A DNA stretch of 64,000 nt, taken from IMG/VR virus record IMGVR_UViG_3300009285_007005; one strand, written 5' to 3'. The notes below the pieces were generated by a model. It did no database searches and was not told where the DNA came from. It saw nothing but the letters and a program-made list of their open reading frames with translations. Of this stretch, positions 9,155 to 19,985 are shown piece after piece. This stretch comes from an uncultured virus (IMG/VR IMGVR_UViG_3300009285_007005) (Duplodnaviria > Heunggongvirae > Uroviricota > Caudoviricetes). Position 1 is the stretch's first letter. Each line of letters opens with the position of its first letter. A program made the translations under genes and the position numbers.

Positions 9155-9714
9155 TGGCCAGCATCACCTGCGCCGTCGGCGAGTTCATCACCCGGAAGAC
9201 GGGGATTCCCTCCTTCGCAGATAGGGACGCGAATACGAAATATACCTATCCCTGTGTCGAGGTCGCCCTGGTCGGCGAACCGGAGCCGTTCCTGGTGCTG
9301 CCGGGGAGTTACTACGAATACGACACCACATCGGGCGAACCGACCTTCACCGTGAAAGAGCACAAAATCAGGGATTCGATACGGATCACCGTAAAGTCGG
9401 TGATGGCGACGGACGGATCGTCCGAACGCGAATGCGTGAAAAACCGCGACGCCATTCGGACTATGTTTCTCGACTCCATTTTCGGTGAAGGCGATTGCGC
9501 CATTTCGGATTCGAAGGACCCCGGCGTTGACCTGGGACTCATCCGAATGGCGGTGGGAATGGCCATCGGCCCGACCTCCGATCTATCCGGCGAGCCCCAC
9601 CTGCATACCGCCTCGCTGATGATTACGACGGATCGGCGTGAAAAGATCAGGAGAGTCGTAACGCAGTTCATTGAAGGCCCTATCGGCTTGGTTCCGGAGG
9701 TTCTGCATGCCTGA
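9154..9714 (+). CDS. Tail terminator (probable)
   Basis: Synteny, just upstream of the sheath. Confidence 0.45.
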   Translation: MASITCAVGEFITRKTGIPSFADRDANTKYTYPCVEVALVGEPEPFLVLPGSYYEYDTTSGEPTFTVKEHKIRDSIRITVKSVMATDGSSERECVKNRDAIRTMFLDSIFGEGDCAISDSKDPGVDLGLIRMAVGMAIGPTSDLSGEPHLHTASLMITTDRREKIRRVVTQFIEGPIGLVPEVLHA

Positions 9715-9889
9715 AAAAGCCGCCAAGAGATCATTCCGGACCCTTTGCGAACGCTTTGGCGTGAAATCCGTCGAGGCGGCGGGGCTCCGGAAATACCTTC
9801 AGAAGAAATTGAACGCTAACGGCATGATCGACTCGGATGAATTCCGAAAGGGTCGAGAAGCCTTTCTCAAATCTCCGGCCGGGAGGTAA
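9707..9889 (+). CDS. Small protein preceding the sheath
   Basis: GGAGG RBS, coupled to neighbouring genes. Confidence 0.5.
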   Translation: MPEKAAKRSFRTLCERFGVKSVEAAGLRKYLQKKLNANGMIDSDEFRKGREAFLKSPAGR

Positions 9890-9892
9890 ACA

Positions 9893-11311
9893 ATGGGTGA
9901 GCCCAGAATCAATCTGTCTTTCGAGGATCTGTACCAGTCGGATGTCGAAAGCAACACCGAAAACACGCTTTTCCTGATCGGCTTGGCCTCGGACGGGCCG
10001 ATGGACACCGTGGCGACCCTGCAAGGCATGAGCGGCCTTCGGGCCTATGAAGCGATCGCGGGTACAACGGGGCGCTTGCCTCATGCCTGTCGGGAAGCCA
10101 TCGATGTGGCGACGCAGGCAAAGAAGGCGATCACCGTCAAGGCCATGCGATGCGGGGCTGACGCCGCAAAAGCCTTTATTGAATTCCAGAACGACTCGAC
10201 AACCGCCGTCGCCCTGACCGTCACCTACGCCTATGACGGAACCGCCGGCAACAGTTGCGTCGGCATGGTCGCTCACGATGTCGCCACGATCATCGTCACC
10301 CTGTCGAAGACAGGTCTCGAAGAGGATGAGGTCGATTACGAAGGCGATACGCTGGCGGAGGTTAAGGCCGCCATCGATGCCTCCGGATATTTCACCGCCG
10401 AAATCGCATTGGGCGAAACAACCCTTGCCGATGTCGAAGCGGCGAATTTCGCTGGCGGGCTGGATGGCGAACTCACGGCCGCGGAGGTTATCCGGGCCTT
10501 GCAGATCACGGAAGGCTTCGACCTGCCGAACGTCATCGTTCTCGGAGCCAATACGACGGCGATGCGGGCCAGCATCTCCACCCACTGCGCCAATCAGCTT
10601 CTTACCCGGCAGAATCCCCGGTATGCCTTCGTGGAGATGGATACCTTCGACAGCACCAACGTCGAGAATTCCGCGCTCTGGCGGATCGATGTCGAGACCT
10701 GGGCTGCGGGAATCGTGGCCGATCTCGAAGAGGAAACGGACTACAACCTTATCGCGTTCGCCGGGCAAGCCAAGTTTCTCGATGCCGCCGGGGCCGAGTA
10801 TGAAGCGCCTTCCGTCGCGACGGGCGCGGCGCGGGTCCTCGGAGAACCGATCCACCGGAGCATGATAAACCTTCAAACCCCGACGGTTCAAAGCCTCGTC
10901 CCGAACATTCCCCCGGAAATCCGGGATACGCTGGCCGACGGCCGCGTGAACTACCTGAAATATGAAAAGGGCCGCGGCTACATCACCGCAAACGACCGGA
11001 CTCTTGCGGAGAGCACGAGCGACTTCAAGTACGCCCAGACCGTCCGGACTCTTTACACTTGCGGTGCGGAAGCCCTGGAGGCCGGAAAGCCGGTCTGGGG
11101 CACTCCGAACGATCCGGCCAAGGATGACGGCCTGGCGAAAATCAAGGCGGCGATGGAAAAGCCTCTTGAAAACCGCAAGGGCGTCAACATCTCCGATTAC
11201 GAGGTCACGCCCAAGTTCGTCGGAGAAAACCAGGTCGAGGCCACCGTGGGCATCACCGAATACGAAACCATGCGGGATATCGAAATCGTCTTCTACGTGA
11301 AGAGATCATAG
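9893..11311 (+). CDS. Contractile tail sheath protein
   Basis: 472 aa; 'LIGLASDGP', 'NFAGGLDG', 'LADGRVNYL', C-terminal 'MRDIEIVF'. Confidence 0.85.
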   Translation: MGEPRINLSFEDLYQSDVESNTENTLFLIGLASDGPMDTVATLQGMSGLRAYEAIAGTTGRLPHACREAIDVATQAKKAITVKAMRCGADAAKAFIEFQNDSTTAVALTVTYAYDGTAGNSCVGMVAHDVATIIVTLSKTGLEEDEVDYEGDTLAEVKAAIDASGYFTAEIALGETTLADVEAANFAGGLDGELTAAEVIRALQITEGFDLPNVIVLGANTTAMRASISTHCANQLLTRQNPRYAFVEMDTFDSTNVENSALWRIDVETWAAGIVADLEEETDYNLIAFAGQAKFLDAAGAEYEAPSVATGAARVLGEPIHRSMINLQTPTVQSLVPNIPPEIRDTLADGRVNYLKYEKGRGYITANDRTLAESTSDFKYAQTVRTLYTCGAEALEAGKPVWGTPNDPAKDDGLAKIKAAMEKPLENRKGVNISDYEVTPKFVGENQVEATVGITEYETMRDIEIVFYVKRS

Positions 11312-11321
11312 GAGGATCGTC

Positions 11322-11795
11322 ATGGCTGAACTTTTGGACATCACAGACGGATATCAACTCGAAGATGTGACCGTCCTCCTGGACGATGTTGAGGTCTGGA
11401 CCGCGCAGTCCGTGAAATACGGTATCAAGCAGGAAAAGAAGCCCCTGTACGGCTCTGGAACTCGAAAAGCTTACGGACGCACGCGCGGGCCGAAGGTCTA
11501 CGAATTCAGCATGGAGTGCAAGACCGTCAACATGGCCCTGCTTTCGGCGCCGGCCGATTGGGACCCGGGGCAGGGGGACATCAAGGATTTCACGGTCAAC
11601 GGGGAAACCTACAAATCCCTCATGGACCTTCGGAACTGCACGCTCGTCCTTTTGGGAACCGCTCTCGACGGGACGCGGCGCAAGGTGACTCTGAAGAAAG
11701 TTGAGTTTTCGGAAGATTCCCGCTCCCTCACGCTGGGAGATGCTGAAGGCGCCACCCTGACCGGGGACGCGCTTGACGCGGAGGGAATCGTTTAA
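11322..11795 (+). CDS. Tail tube protein
   Basis: Follows the sheath; 'QSVKYGIKQEKKPLYGSG..KAYGRTRG' tube-like motif. Confidence 0.8.
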   Translation: MAELLDITDGYQLEDVTVLLDDVEVWTAQSVKYGIKQEKKPLYGSGTRKAYGRTRGPKVYEFSMECKTVNMALLSAPADWDPGQGDIKDFTVNGETYKSLMDLRNCTLVLLGTALDGTRRKVTLKKVEFSEDSRSLTLGDAEGATLTGDALDAEGIV

Positions 11796-11815
11796 CCACT
11801 TGAAAGAGGTCGGCC

Positions 11816-12363
11816 ATGGAAAAGATCAAGATCACCCACCTGAACCTGCCTGACGAGATCGAAGACGAGCAAGCGAGGCTCGCCTACGAGGTATGGCGCG
11901 AGAAAAATCCCGAAAAACGCGCCTTCTACTTCACCTTCAAGGACGTATGGCACATCGGGTCCGTCATGACCCGCGAGCGGTTCAACCATTTCGGACGGCT
12001 CATGGCCTCGAAGGGGCCGCAATCCGACAAGGCCATGCTGACGTTCTGCCAGGAAAGCCTGGTCCACCCGGTTTACTCCCGGGATGAGTACGATCTGGTC
12101 TTCCTGCCGGGAGAAATCGGCAAACTGCTTCTGTTCCTCCAGGTCGGCAACGGAAACGAAGTCGATGAGTTCACCGGCGAAATAAAAAACCTCTGGACGC
12201 GATCCGGCGCGAATTCCGGAGAGACGAGTACAAGAAAGGACGAGCAGTAATTTGTTCAACGTTTCCGGCATATACGTTTCGCGATGTGGACCAGATGAGC
12301 AATGCCGATTTTTTTGAGCACATCGCCGCCTACGAATTCCTGGCCAAAAGAGGTCGAACTTGA
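11816..12363 (+). CDS. Tail assembly chaperone G (11816-12250) with a -1 frameshift extension GT (to 12363)
   Basis: In-frame slippery heptamer A AAA AAC at 12184-12190; the -1 frame is open to TGA at 12361-12363; directly upstream of the tape measure gene. Confidence 0.8.
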
Positions 12364-12466
12364 AACAGGGCGGACGGACATCTCCCCCGGCGATCCTCGC
12401 GGTTCATGGCCGACCTATGCCGGTGTCCGCCCGCCTTTTCCTATCCCCTGACGCCGGAGGTGCCTG

Positions 12467-14674
12467 ATGTTCGGCGCCCTCGGTAAATTTTTCCACCAGA
12501 TCGTCATCCAGATCAGCACGCAATTCTCCAGCGTCGGCATCAAGAGCGCCCTGGCCGGACTCGAACGCCTGCGGTACGCGGCGATTTCAATCACGGACGC
12601 CTCCCGCCGATTGCTCTTCATGGGCGTGGCCCTTTCCGCCGCCCTGATTTTTCCGGTCAAGTCGGCGGTCGATTTCAACTGGGCCATGACGGACATCCAG
12701 AAGACCACGAGACTGAGCATCGAGGATATACAGAGCGGGGTCTTCGGTCTGGTCAAAAAGGGCATCCCGGAAACCATCGAGGGCTTCCTGAAAATCGCCA
12801 AGATCGTCGGTCAGGCCGGCGTCGAGGGGAAAGATGCCATTTTCGGCATGACCCAAATGCTGGCGAAACTGGATATCGTCTCGGACGTCACGGCCGAGAA
12901 GGCGGGCGAATCCATCATCAAGATGGCCCGGCTCTTCAAGGTTCCGTTTGAGGACTCCGAAAAACTCGGTTCCACTCTTGTCCACTTGGCCAATATCACG
13001 ACCACGACGGAAATGCAGATCATCTCCGCAGTATCGAAGGCCGGTAAGGCATTCGATGTTTTGACCTTCGACAAAGTGGCCGGATTGGCTGCGGGCTTGA
13101 TGGATCTCGCGGTCCTTCCGAACGTGGCCGGAACGGGCCTGCGCAACATTTTCTTGAGGGCGCAGACCAACGCCGACAAGGCCGCAAAGGCTTTCGGGGT
13201 GACGAAAGCGGCGTGGATGGGGATGCTTACCAAAGACCCCATTGAGACTATCTTTGCATTCGCTCAAAAAATGAAGGGCGCTAAACTCGAAGATCAGGCC
13301 AGGACTCTTAAAAATTTGTTCGGTGCCCGTGAATACCTCATCATGAGCAAATTCATGAACAATGCCGACCGACTGCGGCAAGTTCTGGCTCAGGGTTCCA
13401 AGGCTTATCTGGAGAACACGACCCTCAGCGAGATGATGGCGATCAAGATGATGTCGCCGATGGCTAAACTGATCGTATTCTGGAATCACCTGAAGATGCT
13501 CTTCATCACCACGGGTCAAGCCATGCTTCCCATGCTCGATTCCATCGTCGTCAATCTCACCAAAGCCGTGAAGGCGATGGTTGAATTCGTCGAGCAGCAC
13601 CCGAGGCTTGCGAAAATTGGGGGCCTTTTCCTTATGATCTCCGCGGCCTCGGCGCTCCTTTCCGGCGGTATCCTGCGTGTGGTTTCCACGGCGCTCTCAC
13701 TAACCGTCGGCTTTGGGATGCTGAAAATACTTTCACCAGGGGTCATTACCTCGTTCAAGGGAATCGGATTGGCGGTTCGTGGGATGCTCGGCCCTATCGG
13801 ATGGATTCTGCTGGCGTTGGGTGCCTTGATTTTTATTTTCAGAGACCTTTACAAGCACAATGAGGATTTTCGCAGAAGTATGGATATGTTGAAATTTTCT
13901 CTTGGCGAGTCTTTAAAACCGGCAGCTTTAACTTTGGCATATACAGCAGGCGTCATCGTTGGAATCTTTAGGCGCATAGGCGATGAATTCGGGAAACTTT
14001 CAACCGTATTTTCTACTGAAACCTCTTCCATAAGTCAATCAGCTATTGGTTTTGGCGCTATTGTTGATACTTGGCTAGCACCAGCTTTGGGGCTTGTTTT
14101 GCAACTCCTAATCGGCGTTTGGCAGGCATTGCTGGGAGTGGCTTTTGCATGGAAAGTCGCCATGATCGCCTTTTCAAATATGGATTGGTCGGAACAAACG
14201 AAGCGGTGGGGAATTGCCTTAGAGCAATTCAAAACCGGGTGGGCCGCTTCCGATGTTGCCGCCAACTCAGTATTTGATCGCATGATAAAGCCGACTTTTA
14301 CGGGGAAGTCAACTCTCGGCACGTCAATGTATGACCCGAATTACCACCACAACAAACTTCTGGGTTCCTATGGTCCTTATGCGGGTCAATTCGGGTTGCC
14401 GGCCACACCCAATTTCATGCCGTCCGCTAACGTCCCCACATTCGCGCCTTCGGGAGAATGGCTTGGTGCGGATACGAATGTAATGAATATCCCAGCGCCG
14501 TGGTCTGTAAGACCTACGGAAAAACCACAAGCCGGGATGCAAAAGGAATTCAAGGTTGTTTTCGAATCCGGCGCGATCCAAATTGTCGCCTCCGACATGG
14601 ATGATGCCGAGGAAACGATGAAGGACAGACTGGCAAGGATTTTCAAAGACATAACCGTAACGGCCTATAAATGA
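12467..14674 (+). CDS. Tape measure protein (TP901-like)
   Basis: 'AVDFNWAMTDIQK', 'AGTGLRNIF', 'LFGARE', followed by hydrophobic helical repeats. Confidence 0.9.
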   Translation: MFGALGKFFHQIVIQISTQFSSVGIKSALAGLERLRYAAISITDASRRLLFMGVALSAALIFPVKSAVDFNWAMTDIQKTTRLSIEDIQSGVFGLVKKGIPETIEGFLKIAKIVGQAGVEGKDAIFGMTQMLAKLDIVSDVTAEKAGESIIKMARLFKVPFEDSEKLGSTLVHLANITTTTEMQIISAVSKAGKAFDVLTFDKVAGLAAGLMDLAVLPNVAGTGLRNIFLRAQTNADKAAKAFGVTKAAWMGMLTKDPIETIFAFAQKMKGAKLEDQARTLKNLFGAREYLIMSKFMNNADRLRQVLAQGSKAYLENTTLSEMMAIKMMSPMAKLIVFWNHLKMLFITTGQAMLPMLDSIVVNLTKAVKAMVEFVEQHPRLAKIGGLFLMISAASALLSGGILRVVSTALSLTVGFGMLKILSPGVITSFKGIGLAVRGMLGPIGWILLALGALIFIFRDLYKHNEDFRRSMDMLKFSLGESLKPAALTLAYTAGVIVGIFRRIGDEFGKLSTVFSTETSSISQSAIGFGAIVDTWLAPALGLVLQLLIGVWQALLGVAFAWKVAMIAFSNMDWSEQTKRWGIALEQFKTGWAASDVAANSVFDRMIKPTFTGKSTLGTSMYDPNYHHNKLLGSYGPYAGQFGLPATPNFMPSANVPTFAPSGEWLGADTNVMNIPAPWSVRPTEKPQAGMQKEFKVVFESGAIQIVASDMDDAEETMKDRLARIFKDITVTAYK

Positions 14675-15354
14675 GCAACGACTACAATCCCTACGGCGAA
14701 GACGACGAGACCGGACCCCTTCTGGAATTGTGCGGCGTCAACTGGCCGACTTCCAAGACTCCGGTTGTGAACTACGGCAGCCTCATCTATTCGTTCCCGC
14801 CGATAGGGCAAGTCAGGGTAAGGGGCCGAGCCAACGCCCGCGAGACCGGAATCCAGGGAAAGAAAATCAAGGCGTCCAAAATCGAACTTCAGGGCTTCGA
14901 AAGTTCGATGGTGAGTTTTGAAATCGATCTCATCACGGATGAGGATGGAATCGCCGTTGAAAAGTATGCCGAGATGTACACTCAGTTCCGGTCCCTGGAT
15001 TCCAAGAACCGGAACCAGCTTTTCGCCTTGAGTTACCCGACCGCCGCCGATATCCAACTCGTCTACTTCGACGAATTCGAGGTCGAGGACAACCCCGGCG
15101 AGGACCGGCTTCGGGTCCGCTGCACCCTCAAAGAAATCACGCAACTTCAATCCGCCGTTTCGTTCGGGGCCTCGGAAGGTGGTGGTGGTGGTGGTACGGG
15201 GGCTGGTGGCGCTGGGGCCGGCGGTTCCAGCGGAAGCGGCGGTTCTGGTGGCGGAGAATCATTCTGGGAACAAATCGATGCGGCTTACGACAAAGGCAAG
15301 GGGTCCGTTTATAGGCAATCCGAGCAAGAAGAAGCGGGATTGAAGGACAACTGA
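14671..15354 (+). CDS. Tail tube initiator / baseplate protein with Gly-rich tail
   Basis: Synteny after the tape measure gene. Confidence 0.5.
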   Translation: MSNDYNPYGEDDETGPLLELCGVNWPTSKTPVVNYGSLIYSFPPIGQVRVRGRANARETGIQGKKIKASKIELQGFESSMVSFEIDLITDEDGIAVEKYAEMYTQFRSLDSKNRNQLFALSYPTAADIQLVYFDEFEVEDNPGEDRLRVRCTLKEITQLQSAVSFGASEGGGGGGTGAGGAGAGGSSGSGGSGGGESFWEQIDAAYDKGKGSVYRQSEQEEAGLKDN

Positions 15355-16124
15355 TGAACACCTACCAATCCATAAGCCTGCTCACGAAAATCGGCGACGG
15401 AACGATTCTGGATTCCGTCCTGAGCATGTCGGTGGAGGCCTCCGCGAAGTCGCAGCCGCGCGTCCTCCGTCTGCTGCTGAACGATCCCACGGATGAGATC
15501 AAGGCCCTGGCCCTGGTCGGATCGGAAATGTCATTTTCTTGGTCTTTCGATGGCGACACTCCCATCCAAATCTTTTCCGGGTCGATCCTGAAAGCCGATC
15601 TGACCAAACCGCACGAAGTCAACATCACGGCGCACGATCTCTGGAACAAAATCGCAACGGTGCGGCACACGCTGACCTACTCGAAAATGCCCGCGCCCGA
15701 CATGCTGAAAGAACTGATCGGGACGGAACTCGCCATCCCGACGGGTAGAATTTTCGACCTGGATAACTGGCTTGACCGCCTTCCGCTGTTCCGGATGACC
15801 GCGGCGCAAGGCATCGATGCCGTCAACCGGAAGTTGGGCCTGGATTACCTGTCCTTCGTGGACGAGGATGGCATATTCGTCTGGATGCCGAAGGATTACA
15901 CCGCGGACCCGATCACGACGCTCATCGAAGACGAGGATATCTTCGAACTCGACATGAAGGAAACCCTGTTCATGACCTGGGGCCGCGAAATCCGGCTCGC
16001 CGGACTCTACGAAATCGCCCCCGTCGATGCGGACCCCTTCAAGGCTATCCTGACGGGCCTGAATTACGAATTCGGCAATAAGGGTTCCCTCATCACGGCC
16101 GGATTCGAACAGGAGGCGGTATGA
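15354..16124 (+). CDS. Baseplate hub protein (probable)
   Basis: Synteny; 'IFSGSI...VNITAHD' hub-like segment. Confidence 0.6.
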   Translation: MNTYQSISLLTKIGDGTILDSVLSMSVEASAKSQPRVLRLLLNDPTDEIKALALVGSEMSFSWSFDGDTPIQIFSGSILKADLTKPHEVNITAHDLWNKIATVRHTLTYSKMPAPDMLKELIGTELAIPTGRIFDLDNWLDRLPLFRMTAAQGIDAVNRKLGLDYLSFVDEDGIFVWMPKDYTADPITTLIEDEDIFELDMKETLFMTWGREIRLAGLYEIAPVDADPFKAILTGLNYEFGNKGSLITAGFEQEAV

Positions 16125-17263
16125 ACGCTGGGCACCGCCTCTCCGAGGTTATGAAAAAGTTCTTTGAAGAATTGGGGCCGGACCTGCGCAAGCATATGAA
16201 ATTTGAACTGCCTGGCAAGGTCATTGCCGTGCGGAGCGAGGACCGGCTGACGGTGGATGTGCGGATCGATGATGTCCCTGTCGCCGGCGAAGCTGCGGGC
16301 GAACCTCTCTTTTTGCCCGACGTGCCCGTCAATGCCCTCGTGGCCGGCGACGGATGGGGGATGTGGGCAACGCCGGAAGAAGGTTCCGAGGTCAAGGTCG
16401 CGTTCCGGGACGGAAATATCACGGACCCGAGCATTAGCGGGAGTGAATACCTGAACAACCGGACACCGATCGGCAGCCGGATCGGGTCCTTCACGATTGC
16501 GGATAAGTCAGGGCAACGCTTCGTCCTGCGCCCTGACAAAGGCATGGTGACGATCCGGTCCTTCAATGTGGATGACGAGACGGCTGGCACACGTAGCGAG
16601 CGGACGGGCGGCGCGCGGCGGATCGATGTGAAGGGCGATAGCGAGGTCAAGGTCGGAGGGCATTCAACTAGGACTACGGCGGGCAATCTGCGCGAGTTCG
16701 TGGACGAGGGCGAGATCACCCGCGCCTGCCGGAATTTCCAGGAATTTTCCGATTATACCGAGGAAATCGGGGCCTCCATCCAATTTTTCCAGCACGCACT
16801 TATTGTGAACGGAGCGGCGCGTCACAAGGTCGCTGGCCGCGAGAATTATCAGGTCGGCGGGGACCGGATAAAAAAGATATTAGGCGATAGCTATGGAGCG
16901 ATTGCCAAAGGCGAACAGAGTCTCATCGGCGGCCGTCTGCGCTTGATTCCTCTTGGACTCAATTCGGATGGAACACTTCCCACCCCGGACAAACTGGTCT
17001 GCACGGAAATCGGTGGTCCGGGGATGAACGTGTGGGGTGGGATATTCGTTCCTGGGGTTTCGCAGCCGATGGTGAATGGATTGAGCCTTGCCGTCAATCT
17101 GGCCATTTGGGTGAATGCGGTCACTGCCGCCCTCTCTTCGGCGGGGTTTCCCATTGCCGCCGCGACAGCCGCCTTTCTGACGGCGCTCTTCGGCAGTCCG
17201 ACTGTTCCGGCTACTCCAACACAGCCGATTCTTTCGGCGCGTTCCTATACGGCGGGGTTGTGA
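16121..17263 (+). CDS. Baseplate spike (gpV/gp5-like)
   Basis: OB-fold 'LPDVPV...GMWATPEEGSEVKVAFRDG' followed by beta-helix-like repeats ('VKGDSEVKVGG'). Confidence 0.8.
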   Translation: MNAGHRLSEVMKKFFEELGPDLRKHMKFELPGKVIAVRSEDRLTVDVRIDDVPVAGEAAGEPLFLPDVPVNALVAGDGWGMWATPEEGSEVKVAFRDGNITDPSISGSEYLNNRTPIGSRIGSFTIADKSGQRFVLRPDKGMVTIRSFNVDDETAGTRSERTGGARRIDVKGDSEVKVGGHSTRTTAGNLREFVDEGEITRACRNFQEFSDYTEEIGASIQFFQHALIVNGAARHKVAGRENYQVGGDRIKKILGDSYGAIAKGEQSLIGGRLRLIPLGLNSDGTLPTPDKLVCTEIGGPGMNVWGGIFVPGVSQPMVNGLSLAVNLAIWVNAVTAALSSAGFPIAAATAAFLTALFGSPTVPATPTQPILSARSYTAGL

Positions 17264-17436
17264 TGACAGAGTGGAAAAGAGCGGATTTGGCGGGGTTGAT
17301 GAAACGGTTGAAAGACCTTGCCGCGGGTTTACGGGAAGCGGCCGACCAGGCGGACAAGGATATTGAAAAGCGGATCGAAGTCATGAAGGAGCAGGCGTTG
17401 AAAGTGGTTCCGCAAAGTGAGGAAAAGCATGGCTGA
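17263..17436 (+). CDS. Small coiled-coil protein
   Basis: Coupled to neighbours; 'MTEWKRADLAGLMKRLKDL'. Confidence 0.45.
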   Translation: MTEWKRADLAGLMKRLKDLAAGLREAADQADKDIEKRIEVMKEQALKVVPQSEEKHG

Positions 17437-18832
17437 GTGGACCGAAGCCAACTTGTCGCAGATCCTTCCGGGGGCCACCAAGGAAATCCTGCGTGCCGCT
17501 GGGGCGGCGGCGAATACGGTGGGAACTACGGCCGAGGCCATCGCTTCCGGCATTGAAACCGCGGCGGACCTGCTCTATGACATCACGGACCCGGCCCGCG
17601 CCCTTCTGAAGATCGTCATCGACCAACTGAAGGCCCTCATAACCGACCTCATGGCGACCGGCATCTACCTCTATTACGACGCCAACGGGTTTCCGTTCTA
17701 CCAGACTCGAACCTTTTCGTTTCAGCAGATCGTCCGGTACATGGACATCGACGGGCAGGAAACGGCGGCCCGGGCCAGATACGAGCGCGACGCCGATGCG
17801 GCGAAACATCACGGCGACATCTGGCCGCCTTACGAAGTGGCCGTGCTTCCCCTCGTGGCCGCGACGGCTTACGGCTGGAACGGCTGGGCGCGGCGGTTCA
17901 AGGATTCCTGCTACGACCAGGGCGACAAGCAGCGCCCGGACTTCTCGGAACAGGCCCAAGTCACTTGCATCCTAATGGTCGCCGGGACGCCCTCCTTCGA
18001 TGCCCTTCCGGCGCTCCTGAAAGCCCTCGGCATCTTCCTCGGAATCAAGCCCTTCACGGACATCCTCGATCATCTCGCCATTACCGAGATCGCCGTGGAC
18101 GCCAAGGCCGGGGAAACGGTCATTGAAGTCAAGCCTTGGGGGCGCGGGAAGAACTTCGTCGATGACGACATGGTGTGGATCAGGCCGACCGTATCGGATG
18201 ACGGAGGCGCATTCTCGGGCGACCAATTCGTGACCCTCCGAAGCGTCAATAGGCGCTACAAGACCTTCCAACTCTACGATGCGCTCAAACAGGATTACCC
18301 GGCCGGAACTCTCGTTACGAAGACAGGCACAAATCCGCAGGTCCGGCAGGCCAGCGTGGAGCCGGACTGGATCAGCCGATTCTATCTGGGCAGGAATGTA
18401 GACGAGAACGCCGTTCGTAACGCCGTCTATGACCCGGAGGAAATGGAATATTTCCTTCCCCTGACGGTCGGCGATCTTCCGTTCATGAAGCCCGTGGACC
18501 GCGCCGTGAAAAACCTCATCGGTTTGCTCGAAATGGCGGACGGCTTCATCGCGCTGATTCAGGAACTCGCCGACGCGCTCAAGGAAAAAGCGGAGCAACT
18601 TCGGAACCTCGCCCAACTCATCGAGGATGTCATCGAACTGATCGCGCAAATCCTGACCCTGACGGGCCTCTACATCATCCCCCTGTCTTCGGATACCGGC
18701 ATGGAGGGAATCTTCAGCCAGATGGATTCCATCGGAGGCCCGCCGTTGCCCGATAAATCCTTCCTCGTCGGCGGCGCTTTCGTGGCCGGCACGGTGAACA
18801 TCGGCCCTCTGGCCGATCTGCTTGGAGTGTGA
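17429..18832 (+). CDS. Virion/baseplate-associated hypothetical protein
   Basis: Long ORF with RBS within the baseplate module. Confidence 0.45.
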   Translation: MAEWTEANLSQILPGATKEILRAAGAAANTVGTTAEAIASGIETAADLLYDITDPARALLKIVIDQLKALITDLMATGIYLYYDANGFPFYQTRTFSFQQIVRYMDIDGQETAARARYERDADAAKHHGDIWPPYEVAVLPLVAATAYGWNGWARRFKDSCYDQGDKQRPDFSEQAQVTCILMVAGTPSFDALPALLKALGIFLGIKPFTDILDHLAITEIAVDAKAGETVIEVKPWGRGKNFVDDDMVWIRPTVSDDGGAFSGDQFVTLRSVNRRYKTFQLYDALKQDYPAGTLVTKTGTNPQVRQASVEPDWISRFYLGRNVDENAVRNAVYDPEEMEYFLPLTVGDLPFMKPVDRAVKNLIGLLEMADGFIALIQELADALKEKAEQLRNLAQLIEDVIELIAQILTLTGLYIIPLSSDTGMEGIFSQMDSIGGPPLPDKSFLVGGAFVAGTVNIGPLADLLGV

Positions 18833-18833
18833 A

Positions 18834-19973
18834 ATGGCTTTGACCAGAAAAACCCTTCCCCAGATCAAATCCTTCCTGGCGATGGGGTATGCGAACGGCG
18901 GAATAACGAATTTCAACGCTGGAGGCGTTGCCAATACGGTCATCGAGACGCAGGGCGATGTCGTCGATGAGCTTTACGATTACGGCGAAGCGTGCCTTCT
19001 GTCCGGCCTTGTCTCCAATGCGGCCGGGGAATGGCTTGAAAAGCGGGCTTACGAGCGCGGGCTGACCCGTCTTGCCGCCGTCAAAACCACCGGCACGGTC
19101 TACTGCGGGCGCTACACCACGAGCACGACGGCCTACCAGATCCATACCGGCGATATCGTCCAGACCAAGAAAGACCTGAACGGAATCCGATACCAGTTCC
19201 TTGCGACGGCGGATTTCGAACTTGCCGCCGGGGAGCTTGAAGTGGCCGTCACGGTCGAAGCCTCCGCGGAGGGCGTCGCCTGGAACGTGGCCGTGGGCGC
19301 CATCAGCGAATTCGGCCAGACCACGCCCGGATTTGATTACGTGGAAAACCGCGAGGATTGGATCACTTCCGAAGGTGCCGATGAGGAAAGCGATGACCGC
19401 CTGCGGGCGCGGTACGTTCTGGCCTGGGACGCCGCCACGCGGGGGTCTACATCCGCGGCTTACCTGCTCTGGGCTCTGGCCGATATCCGGGTGGCGGTGG
19501 CCTGGATTGACTGCAATGAACCAAGGGGACGCGGAACCATCAACGTTTACATCATCGGGACGGCGGGCGCTCCGTCGCCGGAACTCCTGGCTGATGTCAA
19601 GGAATACATCGATGCGAAGCGGCCCGGAGCGGATTATGCCCTGGTCTATGCGCCTTACACACGCCCGGGCGGCATCCCGCTGACGTTCAAGATTTACAGG
19701 TACGCCAACAACGACCCCGTGGCGCTGGAAGCGACCGTCCGTGATATGCTCGACGCCTATTTCAGTCCCTTGGGGTCGGAACTCTACACCTGGATCAAGC
19801 CGCTCGGCGTCGGCCGGAAGGTGGTTCACTCGCAACTGGTTGAAATCTGCACGCGGCCTGATTCCGTTTACGACGTGGTTTTCACCGATCCGACTGAAGA
19901 CGTGGTGGTGGCCGAGAATGAGCTTCCGGAACTGGGAACCGTTACAATCACGCATGAAGAAGTGTCTTTCTGA
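18834..19973 (+). CDS. Baseplate J-like wedge protein
   Basis: 'AAGEWLEKRAYERGLTRLAA', 'GADEESDDRLRARY', 'PRGRGTINVYI'. Confidence 0.92.
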   Translation: MALTRKTLPQIKSFLAMGYANGGITNFNAGGVANTVIETQGDVVDELYDYGEACLLSGLVSNAAGEWLEKRAYERGLTRLAAVKTTGTVYCGRYTTSTTAYQIHTGDIVQTKKDLNGIRYQFLATADFELAAGELEVAVTVEASAEGVAWNVAVGAISEFGQTTPGFDYVENREDWITSEGADEESDDRLRARYVLAWDAATRGSTSAAYLLWALADIRVAVAWIDCNEPRGRGTINVYIIGTAGAPSPELLADVKEYIDAKRPGADYALVYAPYTRPGGIPLTFKIYRYANNDPVALEATVRDMLDAYFSPLGSELYTWIKPLGVGRKVVHSQLVEICTRPDSVYDVVFTDPTEDVVVAENELPELGTVTITHEEVSF

Positions 19974-19985
19974 AAGGAAGAATAA

